A stretch of DNA of 64,000 bases, taken from assembly GCA_963815115.1 (NCBI GenBank), contig CAWFFN010000009.1, positions 1,216,001 to 1,280,000 of the forward strand, given 5' to 3'. The notes under the pieces were generated by a model that was not told where the DNA came from, made no database searches, and saw only the letters and a list, made by a program, of their open reading frames with translations. Of the stretch, positions 37,790 through 46,432 are shown piece by piece. This DNA comes from an uncultured delta proteobacterium. GTDB lineage: Bacteria; Desulfobacterota; Binatia; DP-6. A program made the position numbers and the translations under genes. The first letter of the stretch is position 1, and each line of letters opens with the position of its first letter.

Positions 37790-37808
37790 TGCGACATCGT
37801 GTCGCATT
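37790..37808 (+). promoter_or_regulatory. Putative RegA/PrrA binding site in the divergent speE-like/regB intergenic region
   Basis: TGCGACATCGTGTCGCATT, identical to the reconstructed attB. Confidence 0.75.
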
Positions 37809-37880
37809 GCCGCCCGCCGCCGCGAACCCCGAGAGTGGCGGGGATTTGCCCGCGTGCACGCTTCCCGGAAATATCGAGCC

Positions 37881-39218
37881 GTGATCGACCCTCGAGCCCA
37901 TCGCCCCGGCGCCCCGGCGGGCACCCAGGCCGAGGATGCACGCGCGGCGGTCAGCTTGCCCTGGCTGACCCGGCTGCGCTGGGGCACCGTCGCCGGCCAG
38001 CTGGTCACGGTCGCCGTCGGTCACTGGACGCTCGGTCTCGGCCTGCCGCTCGCCCCCGTGATCGGGCTGATCGGCGCCACGGCCGTGACGAATCTCGCCC
38101 TGGTCCGCTGGCTGCGCGACGGGGGCACGGCCGGCCCCGGGCTCTGCGGCGCCGTTCTCGTCCTCGACACGCTCGTGCTCACCGCGCTGCTGCACGCATC
38201 GGGAGGCCCGTTCAACCCGTTCAGCGTTCTCTACCTGGTGTACATCATGCTGGCGGCGGTGGTGCTCGGCGCGGCATGGACCTGGTCGCTCGCCGGTCTC
38301 TCGGTCGCCTGCTACGTCGCCCTCTTCGTCCTGCCCGTCCCCGTCGGCGTGCATCACGCGCACGGCGAGGGTGCCCTGTCGCTGCATCTCTGGGGCATGC
38401 TGGTGGCATTCGTCGTGGCCGCCGTGCTGACGGCGTACTTCGTGGTGCGCCTCTCGGCCGCCATCGAGCGCCGCGACGCGGAGATCGCGGCCATGCGCGA
38501 GCAGGCGACGCGCACCGAGCGCCTCGCCGCGCTCACCACGCTCGCCGCCGGTGCGGCGCACGAGCTCGGGACGCCGCTCGCGACCATCGCCGTCGCGGCG
38601 ACCGAGCTCGAGCATGCCCTCGAACGGCTCGCGGCCACCGGAGCCGGGCCGCTGCGCGACGATGCCCGTCTCATCCGTTCCGAGGTCGAGCGCTGCCGGC
38701 GCATCCTCGATCGCATGGCGAGCGATGCCGGCGAAACCGCCGGGGAGGCGCCAGCGCTCGTACCGGTGGACGGCCTCGTGCGCGACGTCCTCGCCGCCCT
38801 GCCGCCAGAGGACGCCAGCCGCGTGCGCGTCGAAGGCCTCCCGATGGCGCTGGCATCGGCGTTGCCGCGGCGCGCAGTCGCGGGCGCGATCACCAGCCTG
38901 GTGCGCAACGCCCTCGACGCGACCAGGGCGCCCGAGCCGGTGCGGCTGCGCGTCGAGGCGAACGAAAGCGTGCTGCACGTCGAGGTGCTCGACGACGGTC
39001 CGGGCATGACCGCGGAGGTGCTGGCGCGAGCCGTGGAACCCTTCTTCTCGACCAAGCCGCCCGGCAAGGGCATGGGCCTCGGTCTCTTTCTCGCCCGCAC
39101 CCTGGCGGAGGGCCTCGGCGGACGGCTGACGCTCAAGTCGGCGCCCGGGGAGGGCGCGACGGCCGCGCTCGAGCTGCCGCGCGTGACGCTCGCGGGCGCG
39201 GGGGCGAGCCGTGTCTGA
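37881..39218 (+). CDS. regB: RegB/PrrB/ActS-type redox sensor histidine kinase
   Basis: Quinone motif SGGPFNPF; H-box AAHELGTPL; redox Cys ERCRRIL; GMGLGLF. Confidence 0.9.
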   Translation: MIDPRAHRPGAPAGTQAEDARAAVSLPWLTRLRWGTVAGQLVTVAVGHWTLGLGLPLAPVIGLIGATAVTNLALVRWLRDGGTAGPGLCGAVLVLDTLVLTALLHASGGPFNPFSVLYLVYIMLAAVVLGAAWTWSLAGLSVACYVALFVLPVPVGVHHAHGEGALSLHLWGMLVAFVVAAVLTAYFVVRLSAAIERRDAEIAAMREQATRTERLAALTTLAAGAAHELGTPLATIAVAATELEHALERLAATGAGPLRDDARLIRSEVERCRRILDRMASDAGETAGEAPALVPVDGLVRDVLAALPPEDASRVRVEGLPMALASALPRRAVAGAITSLVRNALDATRAPEPVRLRVEANESVLHVEVLDDGPGMTAEVLARAVEPFFSTKPPGKGMGLGLFLARTLAEGLGGRLTLKSAPGEGATAALELPRVTLAGAGASRV

Positions 39219-39768
39219 GCTGGCGCGCTCGCTGCTGCTGGTCGACGACGACGAGGTGTTCCGGCAGCGTCTCGCGCGAGCCTTCCGCGATCGTGGCTGG
39301 GAGGTGAGCGAGGCGGCGGACCTCGAGGCCGCGCTGGCGGCCGCCGAGCAGGAGACGCCCGAGTTCGTGGTGGTCGATCTGCGCTTGCCCGATGGCTCCG
39401 GCCTGGAGGCGGTGCGCCGGCTGCGCGCGCTCGACGCCACCACGGTGATCGTCGTGCTGACGGGCTACGGCAGCATCGCGACCGCCCTCGACGCGCTGCG
39501 CCTGGGCGCCGCCCACTACCTCACCAAGCCCGCCGACGTCGACGACCTGATCGCCGCATTCTCGCGCAACGCGCCAGTTGCCGACGACGCGCCGCTGGCG
39601 TCGCCCGATCCCGTGACCGACACGCCGTCGCTGGCGCGCGTCGAGTGGGAGCACATCAACCGCGTCCTCGCCGACTCCGGGGGCAACATCTCGGAGGCCG
39701 CGCGACGGCTCCGCCTGCACCGCCGCTCGCTGCAGCGCAAGCTCGCCAAGTATCCCGTGCCCCGCTGA
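39211..39768 (+). CDS. regA: RegA/PrrA/ActR response regulator
   Basis: LTGYGSIATA; SLARVEWEHINRVL...NISEAARRLRLHRRSLQRKLAK. Confidence 0.93.
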   Translation: MSELARSLLLVDDDEVFRQRLARAFRDRGWEVSEAADLEAALAAAEQETPEFVVVDLRLPDGSGLEAVRRLRALDATTVIVVLTGYGSIATALDALRLGAAHYLTKPADVDDLIAAFSRNAPVADDAPLASPDPVTDTPSLARVEWEHINRVLADSGGNISEAARRLRLHRRSLQRKLAKYPVPR

Positions 39769-39936
39769 CCCGTGCGATCGGAAGCCCCACACGAGATCAC
39801 CCCGCGGCTGGCCGGTCGGCTCGGCCAGCCGGGTGGCGAGTCCGATGCCAGGGACGTTGCGAGGTCGGAGGAACGTCCCGATCGAGCGTGCCTGGACAGC
39901 GCCCGGGCCATAGGGTCTGGTTCTCCAGGCGACCGA

Positions 39937-41073
39937 ATGCGCCACCGCCTCCCGACCCTCGCCCTGCTGCTCGTGCTCGCGCTCGCCTCGGCCGCGGAGG
40001 CGAAGGTGCCGCGCTCGCTCAGCGTCCGCTTCCCACGCACCGTGCTGTCCGCGGGCGCAAACGTGGAGATGTGCGTGTTCGTGCGGCTCCCGGTGTCCGA
40101 GCCGTTCGATCTCGCGTCGTACAAGATCTCGCAGCACGGCGTCAGCGGCACCGGCGTCGCCATCAATCACTTCATCGTCTACCTCTACACCGGCGAGCGG
40201 CTGGACGAGTTCGCCGCGCAGCAGAAGCACGTGGTGACGAGCCGCGGCTGTCTCGATCTGGGTCCGGCCGATCGCGACAGCCGGCAGATGGTGGCGCTGA
40301 CGCGCACGACGACCACCCGCGGCATCCTGCCCGCCGGCCTCAGCCTGCCGCTGACGCCGGCGCCGGCGACGCCGGGCGGTCCGCCGGACGGCATCGGCGT
40401 CCTGCTCGACGCCAACTGGATCAACGGCGCGACCAGGCCGCGCGCGGTGTCCGTCGTCGTCTCCTTCAAGGCGGCGAAGCCCCGCACGGTGCGGCGCAGG
40501 CTCCAGACCATCCTCGCCCGCGACGCCGAGAACGGCATCCGCGTGTCGCCGTTCTCGATGCAGGCGACGGAAGCCCTGGTCGACGCGCGCTGGCACCCGC
40601 CGGGCGACGTCTGCCTCTACGACATCACGGACCACATGCACCGGCGGGGACGCTTCTTCGGCGTCGAGGTACGCGACGCGGCCGACCAGCCGCGCCAGCC
40701 GCTGACCGGCCTCGCCAATCCGTACGCGAACCGGCGGCCGACGCTGTTCGGCGCGCCGGACTTCACCGATCCGGGCTCGCAGACGTTTCGCGACGGCCTC
40801 TTCGTCGGCTCGGCGGAGTCGCTGCGCTACGGCTGCTGGCACGACAACGGGGAGCAGCTCCCGGCGCGGCTGGGATGTCAGGAGACGTCCGGGGTCACGC
40901 CCGGAGACGTCGGAGCGCCGGCCGCGGAGTGCATGCCCGGCTGCACCTGCGTTCCGGCCAACCTGGTTGCCGGCGTGACGACCGACGACGAGGTCTGCGC
41001 ACTCGCCGGGTTCTACTACGAGGCCGTCCCCGGCGGTTCGTGCGACGTGTCCGGCCTTCCACCCATCAACTGA
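39937..41073 (+). CDS. Secreted copper type II monooxygenase (PHM/DBM)-like protein
   Basis: Signal peptide; NHFIVY, DHMHRRG, LRYGCWHDN, DDEVC. Confidence 0.65.
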   Translation: MRHRLPTLALLLVLALASAAEAKVPRSLSVRFPRTVLSAGANVEMCVFVRLPVSEPFDLASYKISQHGVSGTGVAINHFIVYLYTGERLDEFAAQQKHVVTSRGCLDLGPADRDSRQMVALTRTTTTRGILPAGLSLPLTPAPATPGGPPDGIGVLLDANWINGATRPRAVSVVVSFKAAKPRTVRRRLQTILARDAENGIRVSPFSMQATEALVDARWHPPGDVCLYDITDHMHRRGRFFGVEVRDAADQPRQPLTGLANPYANRRPTLFGAPDFTDPGSQTFRDGLFVGSAESLRYGCWHDNGEQLPARLGCQETSGVTPGDVGAPAAECMPGCTCVPANLVAGVTTDDEVCALAGFYYEAVPGGSCDVSGLPPIN

Positions 41074-41094
41074 GTCGATGCAGGAGACCAGAGA

Positions 41095-41640
41095 ATGAAA
41101 GCCCTGATCGGAGTGAGCGCGATCCTTTGCCTGGCAGCGGTGGCGGCAACCTGCGACGCGCATTCGTTTCCAGCCAACGCGAAATCGCTGAAGTCGAACC
41201 TCGTCCAGAACTACCCGCCCTGCACCGCCCCCGACGTCGTCACCACGGGGGGGAGGCCGGCGTGTCTGGCCACCGAGGAGGTGGATCCGGACTGCCTCTT
41301 CGGCTCGAAGGGCGTCGGGACGCTGAAGGCGGCGATCACCAAGACCGACGTCAAGCTCGTGGCGACCGTGAAGGGACTCGATCCATTGTGCGAGGGCAAG
41401 ACGCTGACGCCCGCGCTCACTGTGCGCACGACCACCGACGATTGTGCCGACGACCACTGCACCGTGGCCGACTACGAGCTCACGGGCGGCTCGTGCACCG
41501 TGAAGAAGGGCAAGTGCTCCGTGACCACCTCGATTCCCACGGGATATCCCCCGGGCGCCGGAAGCGAGATGACCGTCCTGACCTGTGGCGTGAAGGAGGG
41601 GGACCGGACCGCATTCACCTGTGGCGTGATGGTGAAGTAG
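41095..41640 (+). CDS. Secreted Cys-rich protein
   Basis: RBS, signal peptide, multiple Cys. Confidence 0.75.
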   Translation: MKALIGVSAILCLAAVAATCDAHSFPANAKSLKSNLVQNYPPCTAPDVVTTGGRPACLATEEVDPDCLFGSKGVGTLKAAITKTDVKLVATVKGLDPLCEGKTLTPALTVRTTTDDCADDHCTVADYELTGGSCTVKKGKCSVTTSIPTGYPPGAGSEMTVLTCGVKEGDRTAFTCGVMVK

Positions 41641-41746
41641 CGTGGGAAATCGGTCCCTTCGCGCACGGGTCCGGGCCGATGGCACCGAGATCTTTGCCAG
41701 GTTCGGACACCCCCGGTATCGTCTGATGGGCCGGGAGTCCCGTCCA

Positions 41747-42700
41747 ATGCGTTCAATCATGCTCGGCTTCACGTGCGCCGTCGTATTCACGATGGCGGCG
41801 CCGGTGATGGCCCACGAGCACATGTACATCGGGTCCGATCAGCCGCACCGCGGCGCGCTCGTCCTGCGCTACGACTTCACCCGGGCGTTCCCGCTCTCTC
41901 CCGATCCGGGAGGCGACGGGTTCCTCGGCACCGATCCCGCCTTCAACTCCCAGGTGACCGACGATCCGGCGGACGGGATCTACCGGTTGAAGAACCACGT
42001 GGTCGTGAAGATGCGGATCACGGCGATGGATCCGGGTGTCTCCGTGGGGATGGAGAAGACGCCGCTCGGTCCGGCGAAGACGCTCACCAAGCCCGGCGAC
42101 ACGGCGATCATCGGCCGCATGCCGTACCTGCACGTGCATCCGTTCTGGCGGTTGAACGTGCCGGCCGGCGTCAGCGGTGACTATCACTTCTCGTTCGAGG
42201 TGCTGGCCGCCGGCTACCGCCCGTCGGTGTCCTACACCGCGACGATGAGCAACCTGACCGAGCCCACCACGACCACGACCACGCTGCCGGGCCAGACGTG
42301 CGCGCCGGGCTCGTGCGACGATCACGACGGGTGCACGGTCGACAGCTGCGTCGGCGGCGCCTGCCAGCACGATCCCGCGACCGGGGTCGACGCCGTGCGC
42401 TGCAAGCTGGCGCCGCTGGCCAATGCGATGAACGACGTGCGCGCGACCACGGCTCCGGGCCGCCGGGTGGAGAGCCGCCTCTTCCACGCCTTCAACGCGG
42501 TCGATCCGGCGCTCCAGGCCGTCGCGGCCGGCGGCAAGGACGCGCCGCGCAAGGTGAGGAAGGCGGTGAACCAGCTGAACCGGTTCGCCAAGATGGTCGA
42601 CCAGGGTGCGCGGGTGAACCTGCTCGACCCGGGCCAGGCCGACACGCTGCGGACGCTCGCGGGGAACGTGTACGACCAGCTCGTCCTCCTGACGCCGTAG
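41747..42700 (+). CDS. Secreted His-motif (putative metal-binding) protein with Thr linker
   Basis: Mature N-terminus HEHMYIG; LHVHP; CDDHDGCTVDSC repeat. Confidence 0.7.
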   Translation: MRSIMLGFTCAVVFTMAAPVMAHEHMYIGSDQPHRGALVLRYDFTRAFPLSPDPGGDGFLGTDPAFNSQVTDDPADGIYRLKNHVVVKMRITAMDPGVSVGMEKTPLGPAKTLTKPGDTAIIGRMPYLHVHPFWRLNVPAGVSGDYHFSFEVLAAGYRPSVSYTATMSNLTEPTTTTTTLPGQTCAPGSCDDHDGCTVDSCVGGACQHDPATGVDAVRCKLAPLANAMNDVRATTAPGRRVESRLFHAFNAVDPALQAVAAGGKDAPRKVRKAVNQLNRFAKMVDQGARVNLLDPGQADTLRTLAGNVYDQLVLLTP

Positions 42701-42718
42701 TCGAAGGGAATTGAATTG

Positions 42719-43183
42719 ATGATCCATCGAGTCCTGCGTTCGTTCGTCCTCGCGGCTGCGCTCGCGGCGGTCGCAATGGCGCCGCCCGACGCGGCCGCAA
42801 AGAAGGCCAAGCAGCTCTCGTTCATGGCGGTCCTGAACGGAGGGCAGGTCGTCCCTCCGAGCACCAGCAACGCCATGGGCGTCGGCTTTCTCACCTTCGA
42901 CAACGCCACCAAGCGCCTGTGCTACTCGATCACCTACTCCCAGCTCCTCGGGAACGAGACCGAAGCGCACCTGCACGGCGACGCGCAGCCCGGCGAGACC
43001 AGCGCCGTGCTGTACGACCTGAATCCGCTCGGAACGCCCAAGACCGCGTGCCTCGGCAGCCCGCTCAAGCCCAACGAGGAGGTCCTCCTCAAGCGCGGGC
43101 GGATGTACATCCAGATCCACACGGACATCTTCGTGGCCGGTGAGATTCGCGGCCAGGTCGTGCCCGTTCCCTCGGTGCGCTGA
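42719..43183 (+). CDS. CHRD domain protein
   Basis: LNGGQVVPP, AHLHG, MYIQIHT...GEIRGQ. Confidence 0.9.
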   Translation: MIHRVLRSFVLAAALAAVAMAPPDAAAKKAKQLSFMAVLNGGQVVPPSTSNAMGVGFLTFDNATKRLCYSITYSQLLGNETEAHLHGDAQPGETSAVLYDLNPLGTPKTACLGSPLKPNEEVLLKRGRMYIQIHTDIFVAGEIRGQVVPVPSVR

Positions 43184-43197
43184 CGAGGCGCGTCCCG

Positions 43198-44055
43198 GTG
43201 CTCGTGTCCCGCGCTCCCGCGCTGGCGGCGGTCGTCCTGGCGATCGGCCGCCTGGCCGCCGCTCAGACCTGTCCGCCCGACTGTCTCGGGGGCGGCCGGA
43301 ACCCGGCGGTCGACTGCCTGGTCGAGTTCGGCGGGCTCCAGACGACCGACGAGAGCTGCTTCGACGGCAATCCGACCTGCGACAGCGACGGCGCGGTCGA
43401 CGGCGTGTGCACGTTCGACCTCTCCGTCTGTCTCAACGTGGCAGGCGATGCCGGCTGCACCCCCGGCGGGATGACGAAGCTGCCCTCGGTGCGTCCGGCG
43501 CGCAGCGCCGCCGCCCGCTCGCTCTCGAGCGCCATCGCGACGCTCGATCCCTCGCAGCCTGGCTGCACGGCGCCGGGCCTCGCCGTGCCCCTCACCACGG
43601 CGCTCAACGGGGTGAAGCAGACGACGGCCCGGGTCGCGGTCACCGCAGGCGCGGGCAGGAAGCGAGACCGCAACAAGCTGCGTCTCACCTGCCTCCCGTC
43701 CCCGCTCGCGCCGAGCCTGACGCAGGAGCTCCGGCCGATCTTCGAGACGCATTGCGCGCTCCCCGCATGCCACACGACCGCCACGGGGGGCATCACGCCG
43801 GCATTCGATCAGCCCGACCTGCACGCCGCGCTCGTCGGCGTTCCGTCGACGAACTTTCCGGCGCTGGCGCTGGTGCACCCGGGCAGCGTCCAGCAGAGCT
43901 ACCTGGCGCGGAAGATCCTCGGCAAGCGCATTCCCGACCACACCGAGCGCATGCCCCAGGGATGCCCGAGCCAGCCACCGGCCGGCGGCTGCCTCACCGA
44001 CGGCGAGATCGCCGCGATCGCGGCGTGGATCCAGGCCGGGGCGCCCGACAACTGA
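43198..44055 (+). CDS. Secreted protein with C-terminal cytochrome c-like domain
   Basis: PIFETHCALPACH (CX4CH), SYLARKI, RMP, IAAWIQAGAPDN. Confidence 0.7.
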   Translation: MLVSRAPALAAVVLAIGRLAAAQTCPPDCLGGGRNPAVDCLVEFGGLQTTDESCFDGNPTCDSDGAVDGVCTFDLSVCLNVAGDAGCTPGGMTKLPSVRPARSAAARSLSSAIATLDPSQPGCTAPGLAVPLTTALNGVKQTTARVAVTAGAGRKRDRNKLRLTCLPSPLAPSLTQELRPIFETHCALPACHTTATGGITPAFDQPDLHAALVGVPSTNFPALALVHPGSVQQSYLARKILGKRIPDHTERMPQGCPSQPPAGGCLTDGEIAAIAAWIQAGAPDN

Positions 44056-44058
44056 TCC

Positions 44059-45060
44059 ATGGCCAACCGTCGCCTCACGCTGCTGCTCGTCGTCGTCATG
44101 GTGCGGATGGCCTCCGCGCACATCGTGCCGATTCCTCCCAGCACCTGCCGGTTCGACCCGGTCGACTTCCGCGCGCCGGCCATCGGGCTGAGCGGGAGCG
44201 CGCAGGCGGGCGCCACCGCGGACACGTTGCGAATCCTGTACGACGCCAGTGCGAACCAGATCCAGATCTGCTCGACCGTCGCGGGCGACGGAGCCCGCTG
44301 TGGCGGCGAGGCGGTCCCCCGGCCGTTCACGCTGGGCTCGATCACCGGCACGCTGACCTTGCCCTCGCTCTTCGAGGGGGTCATGCGGTCGAGCGGCGAC
44401 GTCACGCTTCCCGATCTGCCGCTCACGCTCGTGGTCGGCGGGTCGTCCACCACCGTGCCCGTGACCCTGACGACCGGCCTCGTGGCGGTGGACGGTGCCG
44501 TGGGCGAGGGCACGCCGCTGCAGGGGCTCGGGAGCCTCACCCTGGTCGGCGTCCTGGACGGCGGCGCGCTTCCTCCGCCGGTCGCCGGACAGTCGATCCT
44601 GCTGCGCCTCTCCTGTCAGCCGCGACCGGTACCCGACAAGGATCAGTTCGTTCCGGACCTCCGGATGACCGCGATCAGGGGCCAGATCACGTCCACGGAA
44701 GCGCGGCTGAAGGCGTCCATCGACATCGCGTCGGCGACGCCGCCGAGCCTGGTGGCGACCCCGGTGCTCCTCTCCGTCAACGTCGACGGGACCGAGGTGG
44801 CCTCGGCGATCGTCTCGACGGGTCTCCAGGGGAGCCGGCGTCTCACCGGGACGAGCGACGACACCCGCTCGACGATCACCGTGCGTCAGACGGCCAGGCG
44901 CCTTCTGCTGACCGTGCTGCTACGCGACGTCACGCTGCCCCGGACGTCCGGTCCCGTCCTCGTGGACCTCACGCTGGACGGTGGCGGTGTCATCGGCCGC
45001 GGCGAGCAGCTCTTTCAGACCAGCGGGAGCGGGAAGCGGCTTGCGGCCGCGGGAGGCTGA
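44059..45060 (+). CDS. Secreted hypothetical protein
   Basis: Signal peptide ASA-H; beta-rich. Confidence 0.7.
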   Translation: MANRRLTLLLVVVMVRMASAHIVPIPPSTCRFDPVDFRAPAIGLSGSAQAGATADTLRILYDASANQIQICSTVAGDGARCGGEAVPRPFTLGSITGTLTLPSLFEGVMRSSGDVTLPDLPLTLVVGGSSTTVPVTLTTGLVAVDGAVGEGTPLQGLGSLTLVGVLDGGALPPPVAGQSILLRLSCQPRPVPDKDQFVPDLRMTAIRGQITSTEARLKASIDIASATPPSLVATPVLLSVNVDGTEVASAIVSTGLQGSRRLTGTSDDTRSTITVRQTARRLLLTVLLRDVTLPRTSGPVLVDLTLDGGGVIGRGEQLFQTSGSGKRLAAAGG

Positions 45061-45689
45061 TGACTACACTGAATCACATGCGGCTCGCGACACTGCTCGC
45101 CGCCCTGGTGCTTCTCTTTGCCGGTCGAAGCTCGGCCCAGGACGCCACCCCGATCTTCCATGGCCTGTTGGACATCCGTCCCGCGTTGGGAAGGATCGAC
45201 AAGAACGTGGGCATCGGGAACGTGCAGATCAAGCGCTGGGATCTGGTGCTCAAGGACGATTCGAATGGCATCTTCCCGACCCGGGAGCAGGTCCTCATCG
45301 CCATCGGCGACAGCGAGCGCCTCGTCGTCACGGCCGGGACGATCCGGTCCTCGCGCAATGGCCAGCGCTTCACGTACCGCGACCCGAAGGCCACTCGCGG
45401 CGTCCGGTCGTTGCAGCTCCGCCAGTACAAGAAGGGTTGCATCGGCCAGGCTTGCTACCACGTGAGTCTTTCGCTGGTGCAGGTCGACTTCTCGGCGCTC
45501 GTGATCGGGTCACCCGTGTGTTCGCCCATGGCGATCATCATCGGTGACGACGACGGCTTCTCCGACGTCGCGCTCACTCGCCCCGGCCTCGTCGGCTCGA
45601 CCATCCATGTCCTGCCGGCGTGTCCGAACCCGCCCAACAACTGTCCCTGTCCGCCGGGCACCGCCGGCGGCTGGCCCTGGTTGAACTAG
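45060..45689 (+). CDS. Secreted hypothetical protein
   Basis: TGATG overlap with the upstream gene; signal peptide; ends GGWPWLN. Confidence 0.7.
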   Translation: MTTLNHMRLATLLAALVLLFAGRSSAQDATPIFHGLLDIRPALGRIDKNVGIGNVQIKRWDLVLKDDSNGIFPTREQVLIAIGDSERLVVTAGTIRSSRNGQRFTYRDPKATRGVRSLQLRQYKKGCIGQACYHVSLSLVQVDFSALVIGSPVCSPMAIIIGDDDGFSDVALTRPGLVGSTIHVLPACPNPPNNCPCPPGTAGGWPWLN

Positions 45690-45726
45690 GCCCGCCGGTC
45701 CGCCGCGGCGCGTTGGCGGGATTCCC

Positions 45727-45776
45727 TTGACAGCTCGCGCCGGCCACGAGTACAGCCCCACGTACCGATCGGTACG
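45727..45776 (+). promoter_or_regulatory. Promoter and TetR operator
   Basis: TTGACA 45727-45732; perfect palindrome CGTACCGATCGGTACG 45761-45776 just before the tetR start. Confidence 0.75.
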
Positions 45777-45781
45777 CACCC

Positions 45782-46432
45782 GTGAGCCAGCCCGCCGTCT
45801 CTCGCACCCCGGACCTCGCCGCTGACGTGCGGCAGCGCATCCTCGACGCCGCCGAGGCGGTATTCGCGGAGCGTGGCTACGGCGGCGCGACCACCCGGGA
45901 GATCGCCGAGCGGGCGGGCATCGCGAAGCGGATGCTGTTCTACTACTTCGCTAGTAAAGAGGTGGTCTACCGGACGGTGCTCGAGCGCGTGGTCGGCGGG
46001 ATGGTCGGCATCCACGAGCAGTTTCGCGCCGATCCGGGCCCGGTCGGACTGGCCGAGGCCATGGAGGGCATCACCCACTTCGCGGCCGCGAACCTGCCGG
46101 CGTTGCGCGTGCTGACGCGCGAGATCATGGACGGCGGGCCGTACGTCGCCGAGCTCACCCGCGACCACCTCGGCCCCCTCTTTGCCGCCGGCGCGGCCGA
46201 GGTCGAGCGCAACATGGACGAGGGCATCTTCCGCCCCGGCGACCCGATGCACGTCCTGGTGCACGTCGCCGGCCTGACTCTGTACTACTTCCAGATGCTG
46301 CCCCTGCTGGAGCGCATCTGGAAGCGCGATCCGCTCGCGCCCGCGACGCTCGTCGAGCGCGCGGCCGCGGTGCGCGACTGCTTGCTGTACGGCCTGGTCG
46401 AGCCCGCTGCCCGGGGGGAGGCATCCTCGTGA
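45782..46432 (+). CDS. TetR/AcrR family regulator
   Basis: RILDAAEAVFAERGYGGATTREIAERAGIAKRMLFYYFASKE. Confidence 0.93.
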   Translation: MSQPAVSRTPDLAADVRQRILDAAEAVFAERGYGGATTREIAERAGIAKRMLFYYFASKEVVYRTVLERVVGGMVGIHEQFRADPGPVGLAEAMEGITHFAAANLPALRVLTREIMDGGPYVAELTRDHLGPLFAAGAAEVERNMDEGIFRPGDPMHVLVHVAGLTLYYFQMLPLLERIWKRDPLAPATLVERAAAVRDCLLYGLVEPAARGEASS

